DNA from: Leptolyngbyaceae cyanobacterium | Lineage (GTDB): Bacteria > Cyanobacteriota > Cyanobacteriia > Phormidesmidales > Phormidesmidaceae | Assembly (NCBI GenBank): GCA_050331235.1 | Contig: JBHJHA010000033.1 | Coordinates: 1-22,208 of the forward strand | DNA: 22,208 nucleotides | Direction: 5' to 3' | Shown: one piece after another, positions 1 to 7,425 of the stretch | How positions within the stretch are numbered: position 1 is the stretch's first letter | Layout: every line of letters begins with the position of its first letter | Position numbers and translations under genes: made by a program | The notes under the pieces: generated by a model | Databases searched by the model: none | What the model saw: only the letters and a program-made list of their open reading frames with translations | Told to the model about the DNA's origin: nothing

Positions 1-158
1 CAATCACAGCTCCAATTTGGTAGCCGTTCATTTGGTTTGCCATTCACAATTACATCGGTGAACAGTAGAGATTGCTTGAGCCGTATACAGTGAAAGTTGT
101 ACGTACGGTTCTGAGGGGAGGGAGGAAGACATATCTAAAACCTCCTCCTTTACCCGAC
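1..158 (+). mobile_element. Group II intron, 3' part (end of DIV ORF, domain V 78-111, domain VI ~113-156, 3' end at 158); probably IIB-type
   Basis: 34-nt DV GAGCCGTATACAGTGAAAGTTGTACGTACGGTTC has an AGC triad and GAAA loop. The DVI stem pairs GGGGAGGGAGG with CCTCCTCCTTTACCC and has a candidate branch A at 152. The terminus ...CCCGAC fits RAY. Confidence 0.93.
2..61 (+). CDS. C-terminal end of a group II intron-encoded protein (RT/maturase with HNH endonuclease domain); partial, begins upstream of the window
   Basis: Frame 2 reads NHSSNLVAVHLVCHSQLHR*, matching the N..NL...H..CH..LH ending of HNH domains in group II intron proteins. It lies 16 nt before a domain V. Confidence 0.8.
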   Translation, partial: NHSSNLVAVHLVCHSQLHR

Positions 159-191
159 AGCTCATCACGACTATAACTATGTCTGCCAGAA

Positions 192-971
192 ATGTACGTT
201 GAAAGGGACATGCCTCAGGATAAAAAGCCAAAGAGATTGACACTTCAAGTTCTCAGAAGGCGGAGGCTATTTGGTCTACTGGCGATAAGTCTGAGCATTC
301 TTCTTATTGTTATTCGTCAGCAAATCGCGTTTGTTTGGGAATTTTCAGGTCAAATTTTCGGCCCTTTCTTGACGAATGTTTTTCTGGCTTTCCCTTACGT
401 GGTAATAGTTTTAGGGCTTTTATTATATTTTCAAACAGAGCAAGTCGGCTCTAATCTAGGTAAAGCATACACACTTGCTTATGAAAGGCATGAGGAGGAG
501 CCAAGTAAGGCAAAACCTGTATGGGATATGGCTCAAATCACGCTTGAAAGTTACTTCAGCCGGAATCTGAGCCAAATACGCTGGATATTCTGGCTTAGCG
601 TAATCGTTATGTCCCTTGGATTTATTCTTATTCTCTACGGTGTAGCACTTGGCTATCAAAATCCCAATGAGAACTGGATTATAGCTGCTATTGGTGGAGT
701 GGCTGGCGTTATTACAGAGTTTATTGGCGCAACTTTCTTATTTGTCTATTAATCGAGTATTAATCAGGCGGACTAGTATGCAGAAATTTTAGAAAGAATG
801 AACTTTGTTGGTATGGCTATGCAAATGCTAGACAGTGTCGCAGACGAAAATCAGGGTATTGAGTCCTCTGAGCCGAATTCATCAGAATCCTTGCAAAAGG
901 CTAAAATTGAGATGGCTAAAGCTTTACTGGAGAAGTTGCAAGCAGATTTTCATCAAACTAAGCAAAACTGA
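192..971 (+). pseudogene. Membrane protein resembling the cyanobacterial TRADD-N-associated transmembrane domain family; interrupted by in-frame TAA (750-752) and TAG (774-776)
   Basis: The ORF has several hydrophobic helices and the motif WDMAQITLESYFSRNLSQIRWIFW...AGVITEFIGATFLFVY. The same frame continues *SSINQAD*YAEILERMNFVGMAMQMLDSV...KAKIEMAKALLEKLQ to TGA at 969-971. Family recalled from memory. Confidence 0.7.
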
Positions 972-999
972 ACATTCTTGGAGCGTTTAAGCAGACACG

Positions 1000-1085
1000 G
1001 CATAACAATCTCGGTGCAACGGACTGACCAAAGCTACTTGGATTATTGCGAGTACCTCGGCAACCGCTGACCGAGAACGTTAGAA
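1000..1085 (+). other. attC-like integron recombination site (86 bp)
   Basis: Starts GCATAAC (R'', RYYYAAC-like) and ends GTTAGAA (R', GTTRRRY-like). Left arm TAACAATCTCGGTGCAACGG matches the reverse complement of the right arm (TAACGTTCTCGGT-CAGCGG) with one unpaired G. It begins 28 nt after the gene's distal stop. Confidence 0.75.
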
Positions 1086-1255
1086 ATAACCGAGTAGTTG
1101 TCCAAAGGCGGTAGCCTTGCCAGATACCGCAGAGGGTCACCCAGTGCTGGTAAACAACAGATCAAGCTTTTCAAGCCATAGCTTTTGAGCGATTCAGCCC
1201 GAAATGAGTTTGTGAAGGCAAGATTTTTGTTACTAAATCTAAGCCGTAATTAAAC

Positions 1256-1639
1256 TCAAGTGATCGCGGTCAAGTCAGAAGGATCTGGGCGCTGGGCAAT
1301 CGCCTTTGCCGACTTCGCGGCTTTGCCCGAGAGAATGCGATCGCCGGACTCCGCAACTTTTAACACATCGCATCCAGGTGGTGCTGGAAAGGCGCAGGCC
1401 AGCCTAGCAGCCACGCTAGGGGAGGCTTCAAAGAGTAAATTCATAAACCCTTCGGCCTCATGCCGATTGATCAGCTTTGCTTGGAGTTCAAACAACCGCA
1501 GCGCTACCAGCGGATAAACCTGCTGGGGAATCCCTAGCAATGCCCAACCTTTCTTCTCCTTGGCCCGACGAAAGCGTACGGTCTCCCAAATGGGGGAGGA
1601 AAAGGAGTCGGCGGCTGACGAGGTAGCAAGATTTGTCAT
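1256..1639 (-). CDS. Hypothetical protein (127 aa)
   Basis: ATG-started ORF with an upstream TAAAAT -10-like element and operator-like boxes. It contains a HIP1 site. No recognised domain. Confidence 0.6.
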   Translation of the reverse strand: MTNLATSSAADSFSSPIWETVRFRRAKEKKGWALLGIPQQVYPLVALRLFELQAKLINRHEAEGFMNLLFEASPSVAARLACAFPAPPGCDVLKVAESGDRILSGKAAKSAKAIAQRPDPSDLTAIT

Positions 1640-1654
1640 AACAGTTTTTATAGG

Positions 1655-1692
1655 CGAACACCTGTTCTACTTGATTTTAGATCATCCGTACT
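1655..1692 (-). promoter_or_regulatory. Two candidate LexA (SOS) boxes flanking a -10 element
   Basis: The minus strand reads AGTACGGATGATCT (1692-1679), then TAAAAT, then AGAACAGGTGTTCG (1668-1655). These resemble the cyanobacterial RGTACNNNDGTWCB and the GAAC-N4-GTTC motifs. Confidence 0.55.
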
Positions 1693-1746
1693 GAATAGCC
1701 AAGGCCCTTTAATATTAATCCTGCAAAATAGCACTACAGATTGAAG

Positions 1747-1893
1747 ATCCCCCGCTATCGCCGCCCCCTTGAAATGGCGCTGACCCCATACGGCCCCTTT
1801 TTCAAGGGAGTTGGGGGATGAGTTGAATATGTTTAGCTTTGATCCAGAGACCTGATATCAGGTCTCTTTTCTATCGGCTGCCGACGCCGATAG
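1747..1893. repeat. Cluster of intergenic palindromes: nested GC-rich inverted repeat (1747-1819), perfect 22-bp palindrome (1846-1867), hairpin (1871-1893)
   Basis: ATCCCCC...CCCTTGAAA...TTTCAAGGG...GGGGGAT; AGAGACCTGATATCAGGTCTCT; CTATCGGC-N7-GCCGATAG. Confidence 0.7.
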
Positions 1894-1900
1894 GGGCAAT

Positions 1901-1937
1901 AAAAAAGCCCCTCAACCACGCCGGCTGAGGGGCAAAA
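1901..1937 (-). terminator. Rho-independent terminator of the GDPD/phytase-like gene
   Basis: The minus strand reads GCCCCTCAGCC-GGCGT-GGTTGAGGGGC-TTTTTT, about 30 nt after the stop. Confidence 0.85.
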
Positions 1938-1963
1938 TGAACTCGTATCGTCGGCAAAAGGGA

Positions 1964-4900
1964 TTAAGCGATCGCCTCAGCCGAGTTTAGGGTGAGGACA
2001 ATGTCGTTAAAGTCGCCATCACCCGCATCCTCAAAGCTCCAAACATTGCCGTCGCGGCGGATGCGGTCATTGGCGATCGTTCCTAGATGGTTGAGATTGC
2101 CATCTCGGAGCAGCACAGGCGCGTAGAATGTCCCCCCCGCCAGCGTGAACTCGACATCAGCGGTCTCTAGATTATCGACAGCTAGCTCAACATCCAACAG
2201 ATTGTTGACCACAGCAGCCTCATAGCCGGCGTCGCCCACCATCAGACCATCAACGCGGCCGATCGCATCCGTTTCATAAAATCCGACCACGTTATCAAAG
2301 ACGGCTTCGCGCTCAAGGGTGACATTCACCGCCACCTCACCGTCAAAGCCAGTTAAATCAATCAGTTCCTCAACTTCAAAGCCGATACCCTCAACGCCCA
2401 ATCGGGGATCGAGCGCTAGGGGTGCTTCTAGCTGGAGCTGAATAATTTCGTTGTTATCGATATCTGGCCCCCGACCCACCGAAAACGGATAGTTGTTGTC
2501 ATTGGCAACCAAAATGGTTGTCTCATCCAACACCAATACATCCTCAATGGTGACAAAGGGGAAGGTAAAGGTGTTTTCCCCATCGCCATTCAAGTCATTG
2601 GGATCAGCAATGTTCAGCAGGTCGGCAACTTCCGACTTTTCTACAAAGCCGTCGCCATCGATCGCGGAAAGATCCACCTTAAAAATCTTCTTAAACTCGG
2701 CGGCGTCCCCTTGGCGACCATCCCGCTCGATGACCAAAAACTCATCATCGTTAATGGGTGTGAAATCACCGATCGCATGGTTGGCGGCATCCATTTGGTA
2801 AAGGCCGACCAGCCCCTCAAACGCACTGCTGGCAACATCAAATTCGTAGATGCGGAGTGAGGCTTCGGGGTCGCCAAAGACCGTCCCTTCCAACATGGGG
2901 TACAGGGTCGCGCGGTCCGGGCTAAAGGCCATGCCCTCATACCCACGGGAACCGCGGAGATTGGCAAATTCCTCAGCCGTCTCAAACTCCTCCAGCACAA
3001 TCCGCCCCGTCTCGGGGAAGTCAGTAAAGAACCCATCAACCCCCAACTCAATGAGCTGCTCAAACTCTTCGCCAGTGATTTGGGGAGTGCCATCGGGGTT
3101 CAGTGTGAGGAACCGCTCCTCATCCCGCAGCGTGTAAGGATGAATCTGCAAGCCGGCATCGTGGGCCCAGTCAATCAGCGGCACCACTTCCCCCGTGAGC
3201 TGAGAAGTAATTTCGGCAAGGCCATCACCGTTGCCGTCTACCGACGTTTCAATCCCTTCCCGCAGGAGAATGTTGTTCTTCCACGGACCGAGCCCTTCGG
3301 CATACAGCTCACCGATGACTGCGATCGCGTCAGCATTTGCCAGGGCATCATACCCAGGATTCTCAAAGTTGAGGAAAGGTAGCAAATCGCCATAGAGTTC
3401 GGCTTTTTCAGCCGCCGATAGGGCTTGGTTCGCCACCAAGTCGTAGGGCACCGAGAAACCGCCGCCCCCGTCATTGATAAAGGAGCCTTGGGTATCGCCA
3501 AAGAGCTGCACCAAAGGCGTATTCTCCAGCCCGGCCGCGGGCAGCAGGTTGTTTTGCAAATCCAAGAGATTAGCAATCTCAAAGGACTGAATAAAGATCC
3601 GGTTGGGGTCAGTAAAGGCCGTTTCAACCAGCGTTTGCACCAGCGGCTCTTCGAGGGACAGCCCTTGCTCATCAAAGAACGTGGGATGCTTAGTTTCGGG
3701 ATAGATGCCGATGTCGCGGCCCACTTCAGCGCTGACTGCTTGGACTAGCTCGATCACTTCCTGGAAGGTCGGGATTTCGAACTCGCCGTTGAAATCCTGG
3801 TTGCGGTAAGGCCGCGACTGCACCGCCCGGAGCTGCTTGATTTCCGCCAGCGTAAAGTCCTCAGCAAAGTAGGCGGTGACTTCTTCCCCGTCCAACAGCT
3901 TGGTAGACATGCGCTCCGGCCCAAAGACCTCAGCGATATTGGTGGTGTCATCCAAAACGGGCTCATGGCGGGCAATCAGCACGCCATCGCGGGTGATGAC
4001 CAAATCGGGCTCGACAAAATCCGCCCCCTGGTAAATCGCCAGACGATAGGCTTCTAACGTGTGCTCGGGAAAGTCGCCGCTGGCGCCGCGGTGGCCGATG
4101 ACTAAGGGCGTCTGACCGTTGAGCGTATTGAAGTCAAAGTCGGGGTTTTGGGGCGATCGCACTTCGTCAGCGACCAGTTTGTTCCGTACGGGATCGCCAG
4201 TACGGGGAAAGTCCGTGAAGAAACCGTCGGCACCGATTTCGATGAGCTGCGCGAACTCGGCTTCCGGAGTCTGCGGTGTGCCATCGGGGGTGAGCGTCAA
4301 AAACCGCTCTTCATCCCGCAGCGTATAGGGATGCACCTGCAGCCCAGCTTCATGGGCCCGATCAATCAGCGGAAAAATCTCACCCGTCAGTTGGGTAGTG
4401 ATTTCAGCCACGCCGTCGCCATTGCCATCCACGGGGGTGTCGATACTTTCCCGCAGCAAGATATTGTTCTTCCAGGGGCCCAGACCCGCTGCATACTGAC
4501 TAATAGCGGCGATCGCTGCGGCACTGGTCAAGTCACCGTAGGTGGGGGTCTCAAAATTGATGAACTCTGCCAAATCGCCGTAAATGTCGGCCAACTCGGC
4601 ATCGGTTAAGCCAGCCTCAACATTGGCTACCACGTCGTATGGCACGGAGAATCCGCCACCGCCGGCATTGATAAAGTCACCGTCGGTATCTCCAAAGAGC
4701 TGCACCAAGGGGATATCGCTCAAGCCTTCAGCGGCGAGCCCATCCTGTAGCTCTAGCAGATTTTGAATTTCGAAGGACTGGATGAAGATTCGATCGGCAT
4801 CGGTGAAACCTGTGGCAATTAAGGTTTGCACCAGCGGTGCTTCCAGCGACAAGCCCTGTTCATCAAAGAAGCGAGGATGCTTAGTTTCTGGATAAATGCC

Positions 4901-5845
4901 AACCTGTACACCGGTTTGAGCTTCCGTTTCCTGCACCAGCTCGATGACTTCCTGCAGGGTAGGGATTTCAAACAGTCCATCAAAGGCCGGATCGCGGAAA
5001 TCGCGGGACTGCATCGCCCGCAACTGTTTGATTTCCTCTAGGGTAAAGTCTTCCGCAAAGTAAGCCGTGACCTCCGCACCATCTAGGTTTTTGGTGGCCA
5101 TGCGTTCGGGACCAAAGACCTCAGCGACATTCGTCGTGTCGTCCAGCATTGGCTCGTGGCGAGCAATCAATACCCCATCGCTGGTAATCACCAAGTCGGG
5201 CTCGATGAAATCAGCCCCTGCGGCGATCGCAGCTCGGTAAGCCTCCAGCGTATGCTCAGGAAAGTCGCCACTGGCACCACGGTGACCGATCACGAGGGGA
5301 TCTTGACCATTAAGGGTGTCCAGATCCGCAAAACTCGGAGTGGCAATGGGAGCCTCAAGCAGCACACCTTCGCTATCAAAGTGGAGCACGTAGGGGCCAA
5401 ATTCTTCGCCGATCCAGATGTCGCCATTCTCAGCAATGACAAACGACTCGATATCAAAGTCACCGCCGGTCAGCAGCCGAGCCGCTTGACCTTCGTTCAC
5501 AATGTCAAAAGGAATCAGATTATTGGGATCACTGAGCTGTACAAATCCCTGGACTTCGACCCCACCGTCACCGCTTTCTGAGCCGACGAAGCTGGGATCA
5601 ACCTGATAGATTCTCAGCAGGTAGTCCGTACTGTTAGATTGCCCACCAAAACCGTTATCCGACAGGAACCAAAATACGGAACCGTCTTCGCTACCGGGGG
5701 CAAACTGGACACCGCTGAAGCCTTGTACCGGCGGTCCAGAGAAAGGACCGGTACGACCATTTGCCGCGATGCCAACTCCCGTTTCAGGGCCTGCGGCAAA
5801 GGTATCGGCCGGCAGAGAGGCAAATCCTGTTAATTCAACTGCCAT
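1964..5845 (-). CDS. Multidomain phosphoesterase: phytase-like (esterase-like) domain with two inserted glycerophosphodiester phosphodiesterase domains and a DUF4114-like C-terminus
   Basis: Phytase-like motifs: LPADTF, SDNGFG, DFDIES, EEFGPY, SRGYEGMA, NDNNYPFS. Two copies of VIGHRGASG..PEHTLEAY..EPD..ARHE..ETKHP..FFTDFP. The C-terminus reads REAVFDNVVGFY...FEDAGDGDFND. Confidence 0.9.
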   Translation of the reverse strand: MAVELTGFASLPADTFAAGPETGVGIAANGRTGPFSGPPVQGFSGVQFAPGSEDGSVFWFLSDNGFGGQSNSTDYLLRIYQVDPSFVGSESGDGGVEVQGFVQLSDPNNLIPFDIVNEGQAARLLTGGDFDIESFVIAENGDIWIGEEFGPYVLHFDSEGVLLEAPIATPSFADLDTLNGQDPLVIGHRGASGDFPEHTLEAYRAAIAAGADFIEPDLVITSDGVLIARHEPMLDDTTNVAEVFGPERMATKNLDGAEVTAYFAEDFTLEEIKQLRAMQSRDFRDPAFDGLFEIPTLQEVIELVQETEAQTGVQVGIYPETKHPRFFDEQGLSLEAPLVQTLIATGFTDADRIFIQSFEIQNLLELQDGLAAEGLSDIPLVQLFGDTDGDFINAGGGGFSVPYDVVANVEAGLTDAELADIYGDLAEFINFETPTYGDLTSAAAIAAISQYAAGLGPWKNNILLRESIDTPVDGNGDGVAEITTQLTGEIFPLIDRAHEAGLQVHPYTLRDEERFLTLTPDGTPQTPEAEFAQLIEIGADGFFTDFPRTGDPVRNKLVADEVRSPQNPDFDFNTLNGQTPLVIGHRGASGDFPEHTLEAYRLAIYQGADFVEPDLVITRDGVLIARHEPVLDDTTNIAEVFGPERMSTKLLDGEEVTAYFAEDFTLAEIKQLRAVQSRPYRNQDFNGEFEIPTFQEVIELVQAVSAEVGRDIGIYPETKHPTFFDEQGLSLEEPLVQTLVETAFTDPNRIFIQSFEIANLLDLQNNLLPAAGLENTPLVQLFGDTQGSFINDGGGGFSVPYDLVANQALSAAEKAELYGDLLPFLNFENPGYDALANADAIAVIGELYAEGLGPWKNNILLREGIETSVDGNGDGLAEITSQLTGEVVPLIDWAHDAGLQIHPYTLRDEERFLTLNPDGTPQITGEEFEQLIELGVDGFFTDFPETGRIVLEEFETAEEFANLRGSRGYEGMAFSPDRATLYPMLEGTVFGDPEASLRIYEFDVASSAFEGLVGLYQMDAANHAIGDFTPINDDEFLVIERDGRQGDAAEFKKIFKVDLSAIDGDGFVEKSEVADLLNIADPNDLNGDGENTFTFPFVTIEDVLVLDETTILVANDNNYPFSVGRGPDIDNNEIIQLQLEAPLALDPRLGVEGIGFEVEELIDLTGFDGEVAVNVTLEREAVFDNVVGFYETDAIGRVDGLMVGDAGYEAAVVNNLLDVELAVDNLETADVEFTLAGGTFYAPVLLRDGNLNHLGTIANDRIRRDGNVWSFEDAGDGDFNDIVLTLNSAEAIA

Positions 5846-6061
5846 AAGTTAAGTTTCTCCAAAAACACACAGAGAAGGAGAAATTTTGAGATTCATACCA
5901 ATTGCCGCCATCAAATTAAAAATCTTGATGGCGAGCGTAAAAAATCAGGCATAAAACATCAGTAATTTCTCGCAGCACTCATGCAGCGTCCCACGGGAGC
6001 TTTAAAATACAGAAAACCTAAGATTAACGGCTCTGTATTCAGAATTAATATCTCCGGGAAA

Positions 6062-6112
6062 AGATTTAATATGGGTTATCGACCATCTAATATTGCATAA
6101 AGCGAAGGTTAA
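6062..6112 (-). promoter_or_regulatory. Candidate Pho (SphR) box array upstream of the phosphoesterase gene
   Basis: Minus-strand heptamers at exact 11-bp spacing: TTAACCT, TTTATGC, TTAGATG, ATAACCC, TAAATCT. A TATTAAT follows about 11 nt further on. Degenerate relative to YTTAAYYW. Confidence 0.4.
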
Positions 6113-6389
6113 TCGCGATCGCTTAAATTTAAATGGAGATTCAGAATTCAATAAATACAGCCAGTAGCTATCAATATCAATATGAATTTTATAGTGCATT
6201 TTTAACAACTATTTGAATTGCTGAATTGTGCATAATCCACCCGATTTATAAGTAGTCAGGAGCGATCGTCGGCTAGTTAGGGTGTAGACTGCCGAATTTA
6301 AAGGGTGCAGGATGCGGTAGTGCTACGTGCTGCAGGATAACGAATGAGCGCAGATGAAGAACTTTTTGCCCGGACGCTAAGGCTGTATG

Positions 6390-6720
6390 ACATGAGTTCG
6401 ACGCTAGAAAATCGCTAGCGGAAGGGCTTCTAGCTCCTTCAGGGGCAAGTCTAGAGCGGCTTTGGCGGGGATGGCACGAGTCAGCAATGAGTCCGCCCAA
6501 CAGATTAGCGAGAAAATCCATGTCACTCTGATGCCGCAAATGTTCAATCTGACCGATGTTTTTGAGTTGGTCGCTTACCGGTTCGATGATGGCCCATTTG
6601 CGCAGGAGGACCTCATCCATCTGGCTCACGAGCTGGTTAGCCAAGTTCTTGTGACGTTTGGCAATCAATTTCAGGCCTTGCTTGTAGAGTTGTTCAAACC
6701 AGGCTTGAGAGACATATCCC
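6390..6720 (-). mobile_element. IS982-family remnant (C-terminal transposase fragment plus probable terminal repeat)
   Basis: GYVSQAWFEQLYKQGLKLI...LLRKWAIIEPVSDQLKNIGQIEHLRHQS..FLANLLGGLIA resembles the IS982 transposase C-terminus. ACATGAGTTCGAC at 6390 resembles an IS982 end. The fragment is cut off at 6720. Confidence 0.8.
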
Positions 6721-7003
6721 GGTGGTTCTAGACTATGTAATGAGTCAAGATGACAGGAGGCGACTATCCTGGGAGGTTGCCATAGTACTAGAACCGGTCT
6801 GTTACCCCCACTGCCAGACGACAAATGGCGGCAAGAACGGCCAAAGTGGTGAAGGGAAGCAGCGCTATCGCTGTCGCAACACCGACTGTGCTCGGGCTTC
6901 CTTTATCCTGAACTATCGCTATCGAGGATATGTCCTTGAGGTGAAAGAGCCAGTCAGCGAAATGGCGATGAGCGGGAGTGGCATCCAGGTCTAGAACACT
7001 ACC
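6721..7003 (+). mobile_element. Internally deleted IS1-family element (InsA N-terminal fragment between two terminal repeats)
   Basis: PHCQTTNGGKNGQSGEGKQRYRCRNTDCARASFILNY...EMAMSGSGI is an InsA zinc-ribbon region. The left end is GGTGGTTCTAGAC and the right-end reverse complement is GGTAGTGTTCTAGAC. Confidence 0.8.
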
Positions 7004-7127
7004 CCTTTTGGGGAGGCAGCGTGCCACGCAAATAGAGCTATTTACTCCTGACCATCACCTTGAGGCGGATCCCTGCCCCTTTATGCCGCTCGTTAATGGT
7101 GGTGAGTGAATCAGCCGGTCGAGCCAT
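7004..7127 (-). pseudogene. 5' stub of a tRNA-associated tyrosine integrase
   Basis: Manual translation gives MARPADSLTTINERHKGAGIRLKVMVRSK*LYLRGTLPPQK. The N.R.K.....LYLR.TLPP motif is typical of cyanobacterial phage-type integrase N-termini. Internal TAG at 7038-7040; truncated at the IS1 end. Confidence 0.7.
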
Positions 7128-7147
7128 TGAACTAAATTCTGAACTAA
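7128..7147. repeat. TGAACTAA direct repeat (12-bp period), candidate integrase arm-type binding sites
   Basis: TGAACTAAATTCTGAACTAA lies immediately upstream of the integrase ATG, between it and the tRNA. Confidence 0.5.
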
Positions 7148-7287
7148 TTTCATGCTCCTTCTGGCGCATCTACGCTTAGCTTTGGGGGTAAATGCGTAGC
7201 TATTAATACAGGATTGAGCAGCCACACTGCTGATGAGTAGGGAAGTTGAAAACCTCCAAAGCCTTATGCTCCGGGGTTTTAGAGAAA

Positions 7288-7360
7288 AGCTGGTGACAGG
7301 ACTCGAACCTGCGACCGGCTGATTACAAATCAGCAGCTCTACCAACTGAGCTACACCAGC
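7288..7360 (-). tRNA. trnT: tRNA-Thr (TGT), CCA not encoded
   Basis: GCTGGTGTAGCTCAGTTGGTAGAGCTGCTGATTTGTAATCAGCCGGTCGCAGGTTCGAGTCCTGTCACCAGCT folds as a cloverleaf with anticodon TGT and T-loop GGTTCGAGTCC. Confidence 0.97.
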
Positions 7361-7425
7361 ACATTGGACATCTAGCATACCAAACTAGCTGCCACAATAC
7401 AGAAAAAATTGCCAAAGGCCGCAAG

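Noticed and set aside
1..158. Classification as a canonical IIC-attC intron
   Set aside because: The AGC triad in a full 34-nt DV, the HNH-type C-terminus and the sense orientation relative to the cassette do not fit IIC-attC introns.
750..776. Stop-codon reassignment (TAA/TAG read as sense)
   Set aside because: Well-conserved genes in this window (rre1-like, minD, minE) end normally at TAA or TAG.
1086..1255. A second cassette or integron integrase after the attC
   Set aside because: No credible ORF, second attC or intI motif is visible.
2493..5833. Many overlapping ORFs within the large phosphoesterase gene (and similarly within minD and the redox genes)
   Set aside because: Antisense or out-of-frame shadows of GC-rich coding sequence with no recognisable motifs.
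6240..6460. Duplicate of the tRNA-Thr 3' end (second att site)
   Set aside because: No match to AGCTGGTGACAGGACTCGAACC seen here or elsewhere in the window.
6273..6824. 183-aa ORF as a real gene
   Set aside because: A chimera of antisense IS1 sequence, the IS982 fragment and flanking DNA.
7055..7378. 107-aa ORF
   Set aside because: It runs through the tRNA gene and is spurious.
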